Origin: Vicugna vicugna
Taxonomy: Eukaryota
Assembly: GCA_013265495.1 (NCBI GenBank)
Contig: MU063884.1
Location: 222,024 to 286,023, forward strand
DNA: 64,000 nt
Reading direction: 5' to 3'
Translations under genes and position numbers: made by a program
In this document: piece by piece, positions 1 through 12,171 of the stretch
Numbering within the stretch: the first letter of the stretch is position 1
Layout: every line of letters begins with the position of its first letter
Notes under the pieces: model-generated
Told to the model about the DNA's origin: nothing
Database searches by the model: none
Seen by the model: the letters and a program-made list of their open reading frames with translations, nothing else

Positions 1-243
1 AAACTTAGTACATTTTCGGTTCCCTATCACTAGACCCTACCACTCTTTATTTGACCTCTAGATGCCACTTGTGACTCAGTCTTTGAAGACAGGAGCTTGG
101 AAGTCATACTCCAAGCCTTTCTCATATCCCACATCGAGATGGTTGTCTGACTTCAACGGATCCCTATTACCTACAGAAGAGAAAGTAAACTCTGAAGCAA
201 AGTTCTTTCCCACTTTGATTTCACCACCTTCACAACCTCATGT

Positions 244-470
244 AGAGCACAGACCTTGGAACCACACAGCCTGGGTTTGAATTCCATCCAGTTTTGATGC
301 TTGGTAGCCATGAATTCTGAAAAAAGCTGTTACTCTCCCAATACCTAAATTTCCTTATCCATCAAACACCTATAAAACAGTGCTGACATAGAATGCTTAT
401 GGTAAAATTCAGTGAAAGCTCCCAGAAGTGACCAGCACTTAGTAAAGAGTTTAAGATGTATTAACTCTTC
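244..470 (+). mobile_element. MIR SINE, diverged
   Basis: 'gagcacagaccttggaaccacacagcctgggtttgaattcc...cctaaatttccttatcc...' resembles the MIR 5' part and core; recalled consensus. Confidence 0.6.
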
Positions 471-587
471 TTGTTAAGTTACATTACTATAGATCCTTAT
501 GCATAACTCTCTCATATGCAAAGAATTCTGAACTCCCCATGGTTCATTAAAGGTATATCTTCTTTAATGCACAAAAGTAAACCTAAG

Positions 588-860
588 GAAATGCCTTTGT
601 TCACAGTGTTTTCTTTACTTGGTAAACTCCTACTCTCCATCAAAACCTTTCCTGGACACCTCCAAGAGTATTAGGCATCTGTCTACCTCCTTCCCAGAAT
701 AAGTACCTCTATTATTATAGTATCTATCATAACCTATTGCCTTGATTTCGTTGCTTTCTGTCTGTGAACTCATGTCACCACTCTGCCCCCAGGAAAATGC
801 CTAGTTTTCCAATACTGCTTGGCTAGGGTCATGGTCAGATGAGCAAATGAACAACGGAAT
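588..860 (+). mobile_element. L2 LINE 3' end fragment
   Basis: 'gaaatgcctttg...aaactcctactctcc...aaacctttcctggacacc...ctgtgaactc...gagcaaatgaac' follows the L2 3'-end motif order. Confidence 0.5.
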
Positions 861-3800
861 ACCTACCCCTTATAAAGCACTTCCACAAGTAAGTGCTAAC
901 TTTTGGGTTGCCCAGAGAAAATTTTAGCTAGGGTGTCAGGGGCACACCTATATTAATGATTGCTCCCAAATATGTTTTTACCAGTATGTACAAAATGGGG
1001 GGATGAATGGATAATAGAGAGGAGACCACAGTATGACTTTCTATTCTCTTGGTTATTTTTTTTTCCCCACTTATAAAGGGTATAGATTAACAGTATAGCT
1101 AAGGTTGAGTTGGCACTATAATCTTCTTTATTTCCCTAATACTAGGTTTCTGGTCTGTGTTATTATGAGAGGTTTAACTCTCAGCCTTCACCTCAGACTT
1201 CTGGTGTCACCTGGCCTACAGGCTTAATAGCTTTCCTAAGCCCTTAAGTAAACAGTTTAAGAAATTTACCATTACTCTATTGAATTAACTTCTGAGCCCA
1301 AATATAAAGCATCTCATTTTAACTCATTTTAACACACAACTCACTTCTCAAGATTTAGCAGCTGAGGAATTTTATGAATGTGAAATGATCATTATATGTA
1401 TGCTCTTTAGATTTGAGAAAAGGGATAATGAGAATAATAATTTATAATACGTTCCCTCTTGTTGTATAGGCGGCGCTATTTAAAACTGCAGAAAAATTAT
1501 GAAAATACTAAAACGTTAGCCAACGAAAACACAAGACCATTGAGGAGTTAAAATGAGCTATCTAACAGGCATTAGTATTTTCTGGAACCAGAAAGATTTA
1601 TATTTAGAATCTGCTAACTCTTACTGAACAAAAAGTAACTCATCCTTTTTTAACTAAAAAATGAAAACAAAACATGGTAACATAAAATTAAAGAAAAGAG
1701 AAAAAAATCTAAGAGCTATCTGAATTAAATAAATAAGACCAAAATGAATATCTGAATGGTAAAAAAACAATAATCTCAATTTTGCAATAATCTTAATATA
1801 ATTAGCATGAAAGAAATAAATTAGCATCCAATGTTCTCTGTTTCCTATGGCCTTGCAAACAGGAATTCTTCCTCAAAATAGCATCAAATCACTAGAATAT
1901 TTATAAAGCACTTTAACAGGTCATAACAAATTGGACTAGCTTTTTATTGCTCATGCTACATTTGGTCCAACCTGTATAAGAAAAAGTGCACACAGGAAGA
2001 CAGAGACCTTGAGTGACATCGAGAACACATGTATTTTTGTGGTGACTATTGCTAAACGCTGTATTTTATGCTATATTTTATGGTTTCCATTGTTTCATAA
2101 AAGAGCCATGTCCTCCAAAATAAAAACAATGGAAATCATGACAACTAAACAAAAGTAATATTTTCTGTGGTATTATTTTTTAAACTCTGAATTGCTGTCT
2201 CAAAATTATACCATACAATATTTTGAACATGTTATTAGGAAAATAAAAATCCATTTGGCTGGGAAACACTGTGTTGGATTAATATTCTTGGATTGTTTTA
2301 CAGATATACTTAACTGACCACCAGAGACAATAAATACGATTCTATGAATCTAATGGCTAGACACAGCAAATTAAGATAAAGCAAATACTAAACCTTAGAG
2401 CCATGCACTTCAGACAAAATATATTTCTTTGTCTAGACCAAGATCTATATATACATGTAAAGTAACAAAGAAATCAGATTTAATTTGTTGTGGGTCAACT
2501 TCTGCCCTTGAATACTTTATGTATAACTTCTGCTGAAGTCAATAAGATTTACCCTTGAGTCTCCAAGATCCAGATTGGAGAATTGGATCTCTCCTTGCTT
2601 CCACAGTAAACGATAAAAAAAGAACAAATGACTATAGCCCTAAACATTTAGGCTTAATATTCAACATAGATAAGTAATTTTAAATGATTTTTACATATAT
2701 TATTAATGAATCAAAATTAAATCTGAAAATACACATGTATGTAAGTATTAACATATATGGGGAGAATATAGTCAAATATGGTTTAAAAGGACTACAAACT
2801 CAAGAAAAAAATGGCAATTACAATTGTGGAACTAAAAAAGTAAGATTTACTTATTTCTTAACATGAGTTTGAACACATAGCATTAACATTAAAAAAATAG
2901 AATTAATAAGAGGTTCAAATATATTTAAAATTAGACTGTAATCTGTTTATCAGTGCTGTCTAATGTTAAGAAAATAGGTAATACTTTTCTAATTTGAAAA
3001 AACTCTACTCTTACAAACATAGAGTTTATCAAGATATTGATACTAAACAGAATTTTCGAGAACACAGGTTTCTCCTGGTTGTCTTTTTTTAACCTCATGT
3101 TAGCAGCATGTTTTCTTCACCCATCATTTTTCCAAATCACCATTCCCAGTGTGTGGAGGTACAATACAGTTCCATATGCAATTCATGTACCCGGAGAAAT
3201 AAACAATTCATAAGTACATTTCCACATATGGGGGATTTTATATGTGTATTTCAAAGAAGTATTTACACGATAACAAAGAACTTGGCACTCTTCCAACAAC
3301 TCATTTGTTGACAAGGTCTCTCTCAGGGACAAACCCAAATAATCAATTTTGCCTTGATGCAAAGAAACTTTGAATATTACTCAAACATATAAATGCCTCA
3401 TTATTTGTTTTATATTAATTAGTATTTTGTGCACTAGCTTTGACCTGGGTATGTTCTTAAAATATAAATGTGATCATATGATTTACTATTAAAAGTTTTC
3501 AATCATTTTCTGTCTTACTGAAAAAAAGAAAACTTTACATTTTTGTGTGGTAGGTGTGTGTGGTCCTTCATATTTTGGCCTCTTTGAACATCTCTTGCCT
3601 CTCCTTGCCTTACACGCTGCACTCCAGGCAAACCCAAGTCACCGTCTTCCCCCGTTGGATCAGCACCTTGGAACAGGCTCTTCCCAGACTCCACTCCTTT
3701 CCTCCACCTTCCATGAGGTGGGTTCCTCCTCATCTCTGCATAATAACAAACTCATTTTAGCCTTTAACTATAAATCTCTGAACTATTTCAGAGTTGTTTG

Positions 3801-3987
3801 ACCACTCTCTCATTAGCAGCTCATATATTTAAAGAGAAATAACCCAAACCAGAGGCGTGACAATTGAGGAGGGAGGAAATGGAAAGAGAGTAGAGAAGAT
3901 TGCTTTAGAAGCTGGTTAAAGAACCTCTCTGAGGTTTTGCAGGCCTGGCCTGAGTGACAATTACAAAGGTAATAACAGGAAGTCTTT

Positions 3988-4386
3988 TTTTTTTTCTATT
4001 TCAAAATTTGTACTTTTTTTTAAATAAAAGTATAGCTGATTTACAATCTTGTGTTAATTTCTGGTGTACAGCATAGTGATTCAATTATACATACATATAT
4101 TCATTTCATTATAGGTTATTACAAGCTTTTGAATATAGCTCCCTGTGCTATACAGTAGGACACTGTTGTTTATCTATTTTGCATATAGTAGTTTGTATCT
4201 GCTAATCCCAAACTCCTAATTTATCCCCCTCCACCCTGCTTTGGTAACCATTAGTCTGTTTTCTATGTCTATGAGTCTGTTTCTGTTTTGTCAATAAGTT
4301 CATTTGTGTCATTTTTTGAGAATGCATAAATAAGTAATTCCATATCATACTAAGTGATGTAGGGCAGACAGAGAGAGACAAATTAC
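3988..4386 (-). mobile_element. 5'-truncated, 5'-inverted L1 (cetartiodactyl-type 3' UTR) with TSD
   Basis: poly-T then antisense L1 3'UTR (gtgtacagcatagtgattc...ctgctaatcccaaactcctaatttatccc...); sense-oriented L1 piece at 4350-4386; imperfect TSD 3971-3987 / 4381-4397. Confidence 0.88.
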
Positions 4387-5754
4387 TGGAAGTCTTTGCT
4401 GGCGTGCCCCACAGGGGACAGCTGCCCTCTCCGTACCACTGAGTGCACAGCCAAGGACTGCAGGCACTGAGTTGTAGTCAAGGAAGTGGCCCCCTCTGGG
4501 CAGCCCTGTGCTTAGGCGTTTTTTGCATTCCTGGCTCAGGCTCCTTCATTCAGGGACTTCCTTAAGTAGGGTCTTTGGCTTTCCTCAGGTGCCTCTGCTG
4601 AAACTTCCTTCCTGGGGATGGGGAGTTAGGGGAAGAGCAGGAAGCCTTGAAGATACTTTTTTCTACTCCGTCTTAATACTCACTAATTTTCCAGTTCTAT
4701 CCCTTCCCCCTCTCCCTTTCTCTGGCTCAGGTCCATTGAACATCAAAAGCCTTTTATTCAGGTCTCCCAGACCCCCAAGTCCATGCTGATCCACCTTAAC
4801 TTTGGTCCATGCCATTCAATGAGGAAAAAAAAGATGGAAGGAGAGGTGGGGGAGAGAGCCACTTGCTCTGGTTTCAGCCTCTTGTTTATACTACTGCGGT
4901 ACTCATTTAAAGATTCACTGTTCACTTCCACTTTTGGCTTGACTACTCCAACACCTGGCAGCTCCACTCTCTCCAGCTCAGCTGCGCTCCTGACAGTGGG
5001 ATGGAAAGATGCTAATGAGCTCCAGGGAGCTTCTGTACGACTTGAAGATGTTAGTAAATGGAGGTGCTGAAATAGAACTGTCTGTGAAACACTACCCTGG
5101 CTCTGTCATGAATTGCTGTTGCCGGTAATAGATTTGTAAAATTCATGAAACCATAGGATCTTCAGCATCTACATAAAAACTAAGGAGCAAAGTTGAGGAG
5201 TGACAAGAAGTTGATTAAACTGATCATTCTTTTCTCTTCTGCAGTAAGAGAGGTACCCTGCATTAACTTTGGCCATCATCCTTAAAAGCGTGAATTTGTT
5301 ACGGTCTGATGGTATCCTTCTTCCACATGGGAAGTCAGCTGATGGGGTGGGAGAGAATATGATGGTTATAATTTCCAGGAAAGTGATTGAATCTGATATT
5401 TTATGATTTTGAAAGCCTAAAAAGAGAATAATCAGATTTCTGATTCCAGATTCCTGGGCCGAAGAGGGAAGGAGGTACAGTGATCTGATCTGTGAGTGGA
5501 CAGTTGGTGTTTTGAGGATGGTTTGCAGTTTGGAAAAGGCTGTTTCATGTGAACAGGGGAATGGGCACTTCTATAAGGCATGTGCCAATACCTACAGCAG
5601 CAGTCGGACTAGAGGACTAAAACTGAATTCCAACCTAAACACTCTACACCAGCTGTTATTTTCTGGCTGTCACTCACATTGGCGGCTTCTTCGAGATAGT
5701 GGGTACATGTCAAAGGGACTAGGGTTTGGAGAGCCTTTAAGTTGTACGTTTTTG

Positions 5755-5915
5755 CACCACAAAAGAGGCAGCAGGGTGCAATCTAAAGTTACATAATTAA
5801 ACTTCTGTAAGCCATTTGTGAGTTATTTTTTTCCATAAAATGAGCAAAGATATTTATCTTAGCATTGCATGAATTAGCATGAGACTCACAATTTATAAAT
5901 TCTTTAATTCTGCCT
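5755..5915 (+). mobile_element. MIR fragment
   Basis: 'aattaaacttctgtaagcc...ttttccataaaatgagcaaagatatttatcttagcattgcatgaattag' MIR-core-like. Confidence 0.4.
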
Positions 5916-6307
5916 GGAATTAAGGTATAGATTTGTGAGATTGATATAACAGTTTTAAAATAATTTCTTACTGTAAAGTCACATGACTAAATCCTCAATA
6001 CTATTAATATTAAAATTCCTGTTACACTTCCATGATAGTCATTTCAAATCAGAAACTGAGAGCATGAGTCAATATTACTTTGGGTAACTAAATAATGTCC
6101 AATTTTAGACTTTAAAGTATAAAAGGAAGCCAAAATACTAACAATTGATAAGAAGCAAATATAAAACATTTTAAAGGTAAGAAGTCAGGTATTATTTAAA
6201 TCAAATCTTCACTAAAAAAAGAAAAAAATCTCCAAAATAAATACCTACAATAGAAGAGAATTACTGTAGATAAAAAATGTAGGATATTATTCAAAATTTA
6301 AAAACAA

Positions 6308-6458
6308 GGAGGGAGGGTATAGCTCGGAGGTAGTGTTTATGCTTAGCATGCATGAGGTCCTGGGTTCAATCCCCAGTACCTCCATTAAAATAAATAAATA
6401 AATAAATAAACAAACCTAATTATCTCCCCCAGCCAAAAAAAATTTTTTTAATTAAAAT
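6308..6458 (+). mobile_element. tRNA-Ala-derived camelid SINE (vic-1-like), long form
   Basis: 'gggagggtatagctcggaggtag...gcttagcatgcatgaggtcctgggttcaatccccagtacctcca', (AAAT)n, 3' 'aaacctaattatctccccc', A-tail; Pol III A/B boxes; TSD 6293-6307 / 6459-6473 (13/15). Confidence 0.9.
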
Positions 6459-7149
6459 AAAATTTAAAACCATATTCTTCTTAGTTTTAATAACTATTCA
6501 TACTTCCTCTTAATTATTAGTTAAATTTCAAAAATACATTTCCTACAAAAACACCAAATATTATTTTGGATTTAGAATTTTACAGGCCCAAACTCAAGAA
6601 AAATAATTATTGTTATATTTTAGAATTTATAATATATGATGAAACTTTATACTGAATGTATAAAAATGATAAATGTTAATAAAATAGAATTTAAAAAATA
6701 ATCTGCTTAGCAAACATACTGAAGCATCTATGCTGTCAGATACCATGTGAGGGGCTGATGACATGGATCTTAAAAACGTAAGTTCCAAAAGGATCAAACT
6801 GAAGGTAAAATTAACTGGTGCTTTCTGATTTTTTGTTTTTTTCATCTTAAAAATATCAGAAAATTTGTTTAAGAAGTTTGCTTTTTTCTCATTAATTTAA
6901 TATAGATTCAAAAATCAAACCAGTTATGAATCCCATACCAAAGATCAGTTTGACAATCATGGCCGAAACTATGAAATTCTGTCTTAAGTACATGTGACTT
7001 TTTGGATTCATCACTCTAAAAGTCATGTTAGAGCTAAACTTTAGATTTTAAACAACCCATGAAGAAATGCAGATTTTGGACTGCTCAGGGATATCCTTCC
7101 CTACCCTTTCTTCCCTCCAGCCTCACAATTTTTTTCAGTGAAGAGGCAG

Positions 7150-8750
7150 CCATGTTCAAAAGTGAGTTTTAAGTAGGAAAAAGAAAATCAGCATAAAACT
7201 TACATAAAGACCCAGAAAAAATATAATCTAAAAAATGAAAAAACAACAAAAAACACATTAAAATTACATATCACTTAAAAGTCACAAAATAGGTCCTTTA
7301 GATAAAAAATTCTCTTTAGCTTAAGTGAAGTTTTATATATATATTTTAAAAAACAGAATAACAAAAAGACCATTAAGAAAACATATACTAAAAAAAAGAA
7401 CTAGAGAAAGAAGGAAGGAAGGTAGGGAGGACAAATTTCAAGACAAAATAAGAGAATTAAAAGTGAGATGACACAGTTTGAAGAAAAAACTAAGGACAAA
7501 CAGCCACACTTAAAGGGAAAGAAGAGGAGATGGAAGAGGAGGAGAGGAAGGAAGAAGGAAAAGGAGAAAAACACAATGTACCACAGATTCGGGGTACTCA
7601 GGCATGAGGAATTCATACAAAACAAAACAAAAGAGAGCAAAGCTGTACTATTATACATAACAGTGGCGACATACGATGCACTTTCGACCTTCATTGGGTT
7701 AGTTTTCATAAAGAAGTGTACAAAAATAAAAAGGAGCAGAAAATAATTCAAAAATATAACAGGCAAAGTATAAACTTTGATTAAATGAGTATTTGAAGCT
7801 ACACATTGAAAGGAAACAGTTATTCCAGGAAAAAGGTATATGAAACGATCGCTTTGTGGGTTTTGTCCACAGATACCCTCATAGCTGATTCATTCCCGTG
7901 TCTCCTAACAGCAAGGCAGCACTAATGACCCTACTTCAAATGGCATCACTACTAACACCTGGTCCATGATTCTGCACCTTGTTTTACATATTTTTTTTTT
8001 CCTGAAGCACTGAATGATCACTGTTTGACATGGAATGGATAGATAGATAGACAGACAAATAAATAGATATTTGTTTATTGCCTCTCTCCCCAGTTAGAAT
8101 GTGTGCTCCAAGAAGGGAGTCTTTTTTAACCCCACTGTATTCCCAGTGACTACACTGAAACATCAAAGCTATTTAATTAAGTGTTTATTGAGCAAATAAA
8201 TTAAATTTAATATTTTTAATATATAAAGAATCATATAGTAATATGGACAAAAAGGAGCTGATCAGGTTCAAGAGAGAAAATCTTATTGATCTGAGTTTTC
8301 CAGAGTAACACACTTGCTTAAAGACAGAGGAGAAAGGAAATACTTATTCAAAGTATACCCTGACAACTGAATTCTAAATATAAAGATAATAGGAATTCAC
8401 AAGAATGCTTGGGGAATACATGATTCTTTCTTGAAAAAAATATTTTAGAAGATATCAAGAAGGTCAAGAATTAAATATTTCAAAAGTGAAATTCTGGTAA
8501 AGAATGGGCATGATCTATTTAAATTCAAATATAAGGCTAAATGACCATGTGAATTCTGGTCGCAGAATGAAAAGGGAATGTTACCAACTTTGAAACTATG
8601 AAAATCTTAATAAAATTAAGGATAATTAAGATATGGGGAGGAATGGCTGTGTGCAAGGGTCCTAATTTCTATCATTCATTGCTGGTAACAGATACTATTT
8701 AAATTTGAAATATGAAGCCAAAATAATTCAATTTTTAAAAGTTTCTAAAA
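7150..8750 (+). mobile_element. Ancient L1/HAL1-type ORF1 fossil (frameshifted), interrupted by L2
   Basis: Degenerate ORF1p-like peptides: EEFIQN (~7606), LKLHIER (~7793), YP..QLNSKYKDNR (~8355-8393), then FLKK..LED-like (~8426-8453); A-rich sense strand. Confidence 0.6.
7880..8195 (+). mobile_element. L2 (L2a-like) 3' end nested in the ORF1 fossil
   Basis: 'tttgtttattgcctctctccccagttagaatgtgtgctccaagaagggag...cactgtattcccagtg...tttattgagcaaataaat' is the canonical L2 terminus; internal (TAGA)n. Confidence 0.7.
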
Positions 8751-8793
8751 TAATCTTCTTTTCTTAATTTTAGAAGTATCACTGGGAACTGAA

Positions 8794-8831
8794 TATTTAT
8801 TTATTCATTTATTTATTTATTTATTTATTTA
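8794..8831. repeat. (ATTT)n tetranucleotide microsatellite
   Basis: direct reading; about 9 units with one interruption. Confidence 0.9.
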
Positions 8832-8889
8832 TATGCTTATGTATCTCAGTATATACATCTCTTTATTTTTCTCATTATCTATACTATTA

Positions 8890-8990
8890 ACACAAATGCA
8901 TCCATTGTCTCACCTATGAAATGAAAAAAATTGGACTCATTGCATAGGGAAGTAGAAGAATTAAATAATTTATACACACTTAAGGACTTA
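8890..8990 (+). mobile_element. MIR 3' fragment
   Basis: 'tctcacctatgaaatgaaaaaaattggactcattgcataggg...agaattaaataatttatacacacttaagg'. Confidence 0.45.
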
Positions 8991-10107
8991 AAACCCGGTC
9001 CAGCTATCTATTTGTATGATATACATGTTAAAGATGATAGTTTGTCAGGGGGATGATTTGATAAGAGTGAAAATAAATCTTTGCTGCTTAATTTTTTAAT
9101 ATAATGGGCACCTCTTATTTTTATGAATGTAAAGATAGTCTTTAAATATGTTATTACTAAACAAGAAATATGGAGAAAGTATTACTATTTTATTGCAGTA
9201 GGTGACAAATGTCTATTCCTATATGTCTGTAATAGAGTTTTAAAATACATTATCCTGTGTATATGCTTTTTATATATTTTTTTGTTTCTAAGTATGACTC
9301 TGTTAAAACCCACGCAATCATTTTCCAAAGCTGGTTCTGTGCCTCCTCCCCTTCCCCTCCTTTCAATGTTGCTTTGCTCTCTCCTACAGAAAATGTATTT
9401 GGAAACAAAAGCATTATGCTCTTTCTAATATCGGTGTCTTAGTGACAACCATCTATATTTAGAGATACTTTTGTAAATTTTAGTGGGTAGGTGGAGAAAT
9501 AGGGGATTGAAGAGGACAGACTGTAAGCAGAGTGCTGTTTGGGAAAACTTGTAAAACATGGCGATGCTCTCAGCTTTAAGCAGATTCCCCTTCTCAGCAA
9601 GGATCACGAAGTAGTACACTGACATACCATTCAACTGGCCTTCCTACTCATGGTTAAAATAATCCCCCAGGATGTATAATAAGCAAATGCTTTTATTTCT
9701 TCAAAACTGAATTTCAAATTTATGATCAGTATCTCCTATGGGTTTTACTTCATTTTTCTTTAAACTAGAATTGTTTATATGTATTTACAATCTAAAACAC
9801 ATATGGCATTAAATGCCTCACCACATGAACTCATTATATATAAAATAATGCCTTTTTTATTTGGTATTTATTCTAGTAATTATGGTAACTGAAAAGTGTT
9901 GATTATAGCTAATTAAAATCAGATGGACTAACACCCATACGACTATCTTTTATAAATGAGATAGTATTCACTCAGACCACATGTGCATCATAAAGATAAC
10001 AATTAATACTGAATGATGCTAAATATTAAATCAATGACATTTCTCTATGATGAATAAAACTGGTTATATTTCCCTTTGAAACTACAAATGGACAAAAATC
10101 TTGGTAC

Positions 10108-10126
10108 ATGTTGCCCTCTAGTGGAA
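10108..10126 (-). promoter_or_regulatory. Candidate CTCF binding site
   Basis: plus strand tgccctctagtgg (10112-10124) = CCACTAGAGGGCA on minus, matching the CTCF core CCASYAGRKGGCR. Confidence 0.55.
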
Positions 10127-12171
10127 TTTTGAAAATAGGCAGGTATTTTATTTTGGTACCTTTTCAATATCTGCAATACAAAAGTTACTAACACAGATGC
10201 TTTTAAAGACAAATTAACTTATTTCTTTTAAAACGGTAAGTACTATAAAAATAATTTTCCATTATTTTTGAAGTTGATAGGTTTTACTTTTAAAAATCAA
10301 GAACTGTAAAGGAAAAAAAAAAGTCTCTTCTAGCTATTAAAGACCAAGAGAGTGTGATTCATGTAAAATGGTAGTTAGAAATAGAGAACTCAGGTAAAAT
10401 ATTTTATTTTATAAGGATCTTTGTCAAGAAATGTTATCCAAGCTGCCTCTGTAAAACTATCATCAAAAACTTCTCTCTCTACAACTAGAATGACTAAAAC
10501 TATATTTCACTTTCTTGGTGGAAAGCAATAATTTGAAAAGCCCATAATATCAACAAATAACAAGTAAGAAATAGTGTTCACTGAAATGTGAAAAAATAAT
10601 TTACAGAAGCATTTGTGTTGCCTTTTGATTTTCTTGCAAAGACAGTATTTTACTGTGCTCTGCTTCTGCTAAATTATTTTTCAGTTTATAACTTTAATAC
10701 ATATAGATAGATACATTTTTCGTATTTACATCCTAGTTTGGAAGAAGTAAGCGTACCATGTATATAAAATATATTCTATTTATAATAAAAATGTAAAACT
10801 ATGTTATCATAAATCCATCATTTTACATCACTACTTGGTCCCTACTTCAACTTTACTGTTGCTTATCTTTTATAATACATAATTGAAGTTCAAGTGTATT
10901 TAGAATAAGAGAATCTTATTTAAGTACTTGTGCAGACTCCCTTTCCCTAAAAAATAGTTTGAAGATATGGTGCCACAGTTAATTGTAGAGACAGGAAGAC
11001 CTGTGGTTCCACTTACCCTGTGAAAAATTATGTAACAAATATCACTCAATTATATTTCTTGTTTACTTATTAACAGATACCCCCATTCCAAAACCAATCT
11101 CTAAAAGTAATTTAAGCTAGTGAAAACATAATTACATCAAGAAATTATAAAGTAATTAAAAATAGCCCTGGGTTATTTAAAGAAAAAAACTGCAGCTCAA
11201 ATTAAAGTTAAAAATGAGCTATAATAATTCATTAAAAAAATCTTTCCAATCTGTAGGTCATTTTTTCTCTTTTAAATTATATTTATGTTATTTCATTTCA
11301 TGTTTTAATATTACAGTCTATTTATTATGGATTAAATATGTACAACCTTTCTCTTTACTCCATTTATGTTTAAAAACAATGACTATAAGCAAATAACTAA
11401 ACATAAATATTATTAGAATTTTTTTTAAAAAAGTATCAATAAAATAAGGAAACAAATGGTTTTACATTAGTGTGAGCTTTGTCATGGAACATGTCACATA
11501 CTTGCACGAGGTACCAAAGATCGCTTTTGGTGGCACTGGCAAGTTTTCATTTGTCCTCAGTGAGTGCCACTTACTGCTCCTCTCATTTTCTACTTAGTTG
11601 GCTGCAGTGAAGGTCCTGCTTCTGAAAGACCCTGACCACGCCTTCCCCCTTCCACGGTCCCCTGGACTCCATATCATCCTCCCCACTGAAATCTGATGTG
11701 AGTCCTTGTCACTAATGTGAATTAAAGTTCTATTATTCAGAGTGGCCTTTAGAAAACGTTTGTTTCATTAATCAGTTTTTAAAGTGGGGAGGGCAGGAAG
11801 GGATGGTATTAATGAGGTCTGCATTCAAAGAAGACTGAGAAACCCTAAGTGCTTACCCACAGTTTTCTGCTTATGGGCTAGTATATGATCGATTTCAAAG
11901 TCCTATGTATTTTAGCAAGGGGGGCCCTAGCGCCTGAATGGGGCTCTAAAGGGACATTTCAAAAGATCATGTCAATCAGCCATGTAATATTGGTACATTC
12001 AGAACATAATCTGAGTGCGTCTCCTCTCTTCTTCCCTCCGCTCCCTTCCCTTCCCCTCTTTTCTCCTTCTGTCTCACCTACCTCACCTCTCACCACCCAA
12101 GCACACACCTTAAATCATGACATACATCCTACTTTTGGCTGACGAATTTTTGAACACACCATGCCTCAACG

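Noticed and set aside
1462-1478. CTCF-like half motif ataggcggcgctat
   Set aside because: Only the 3' half matches; the CCAC/CCAG 5' core is absent.
6308-6385. tRNA-Ala-like sequences (also 40445-40524 and 61506-61584) as tRNA genes
   Set aside because: The acceptor and D stems are disrupted, and each has an A-rich tail and TSD. They are SINE copies.
7401-7766. 121-aa and 92-aa ORFs with K/R/E-rich or F/L-rich composition
   Set aside because: They derive from a GA-rich tract within the L1/HAL1 ORF1 fossil. The homologous motifs switch frames, so this is not an intact L1TD1-like domesticated gene.
9425-9660. Possible processed pseudogene (MSVYYFVILAEKGNLLKAESIAMFYKFSQ...)
   Set aside because: I could not match it to any protein, and there is no poly-A tail or TSD.
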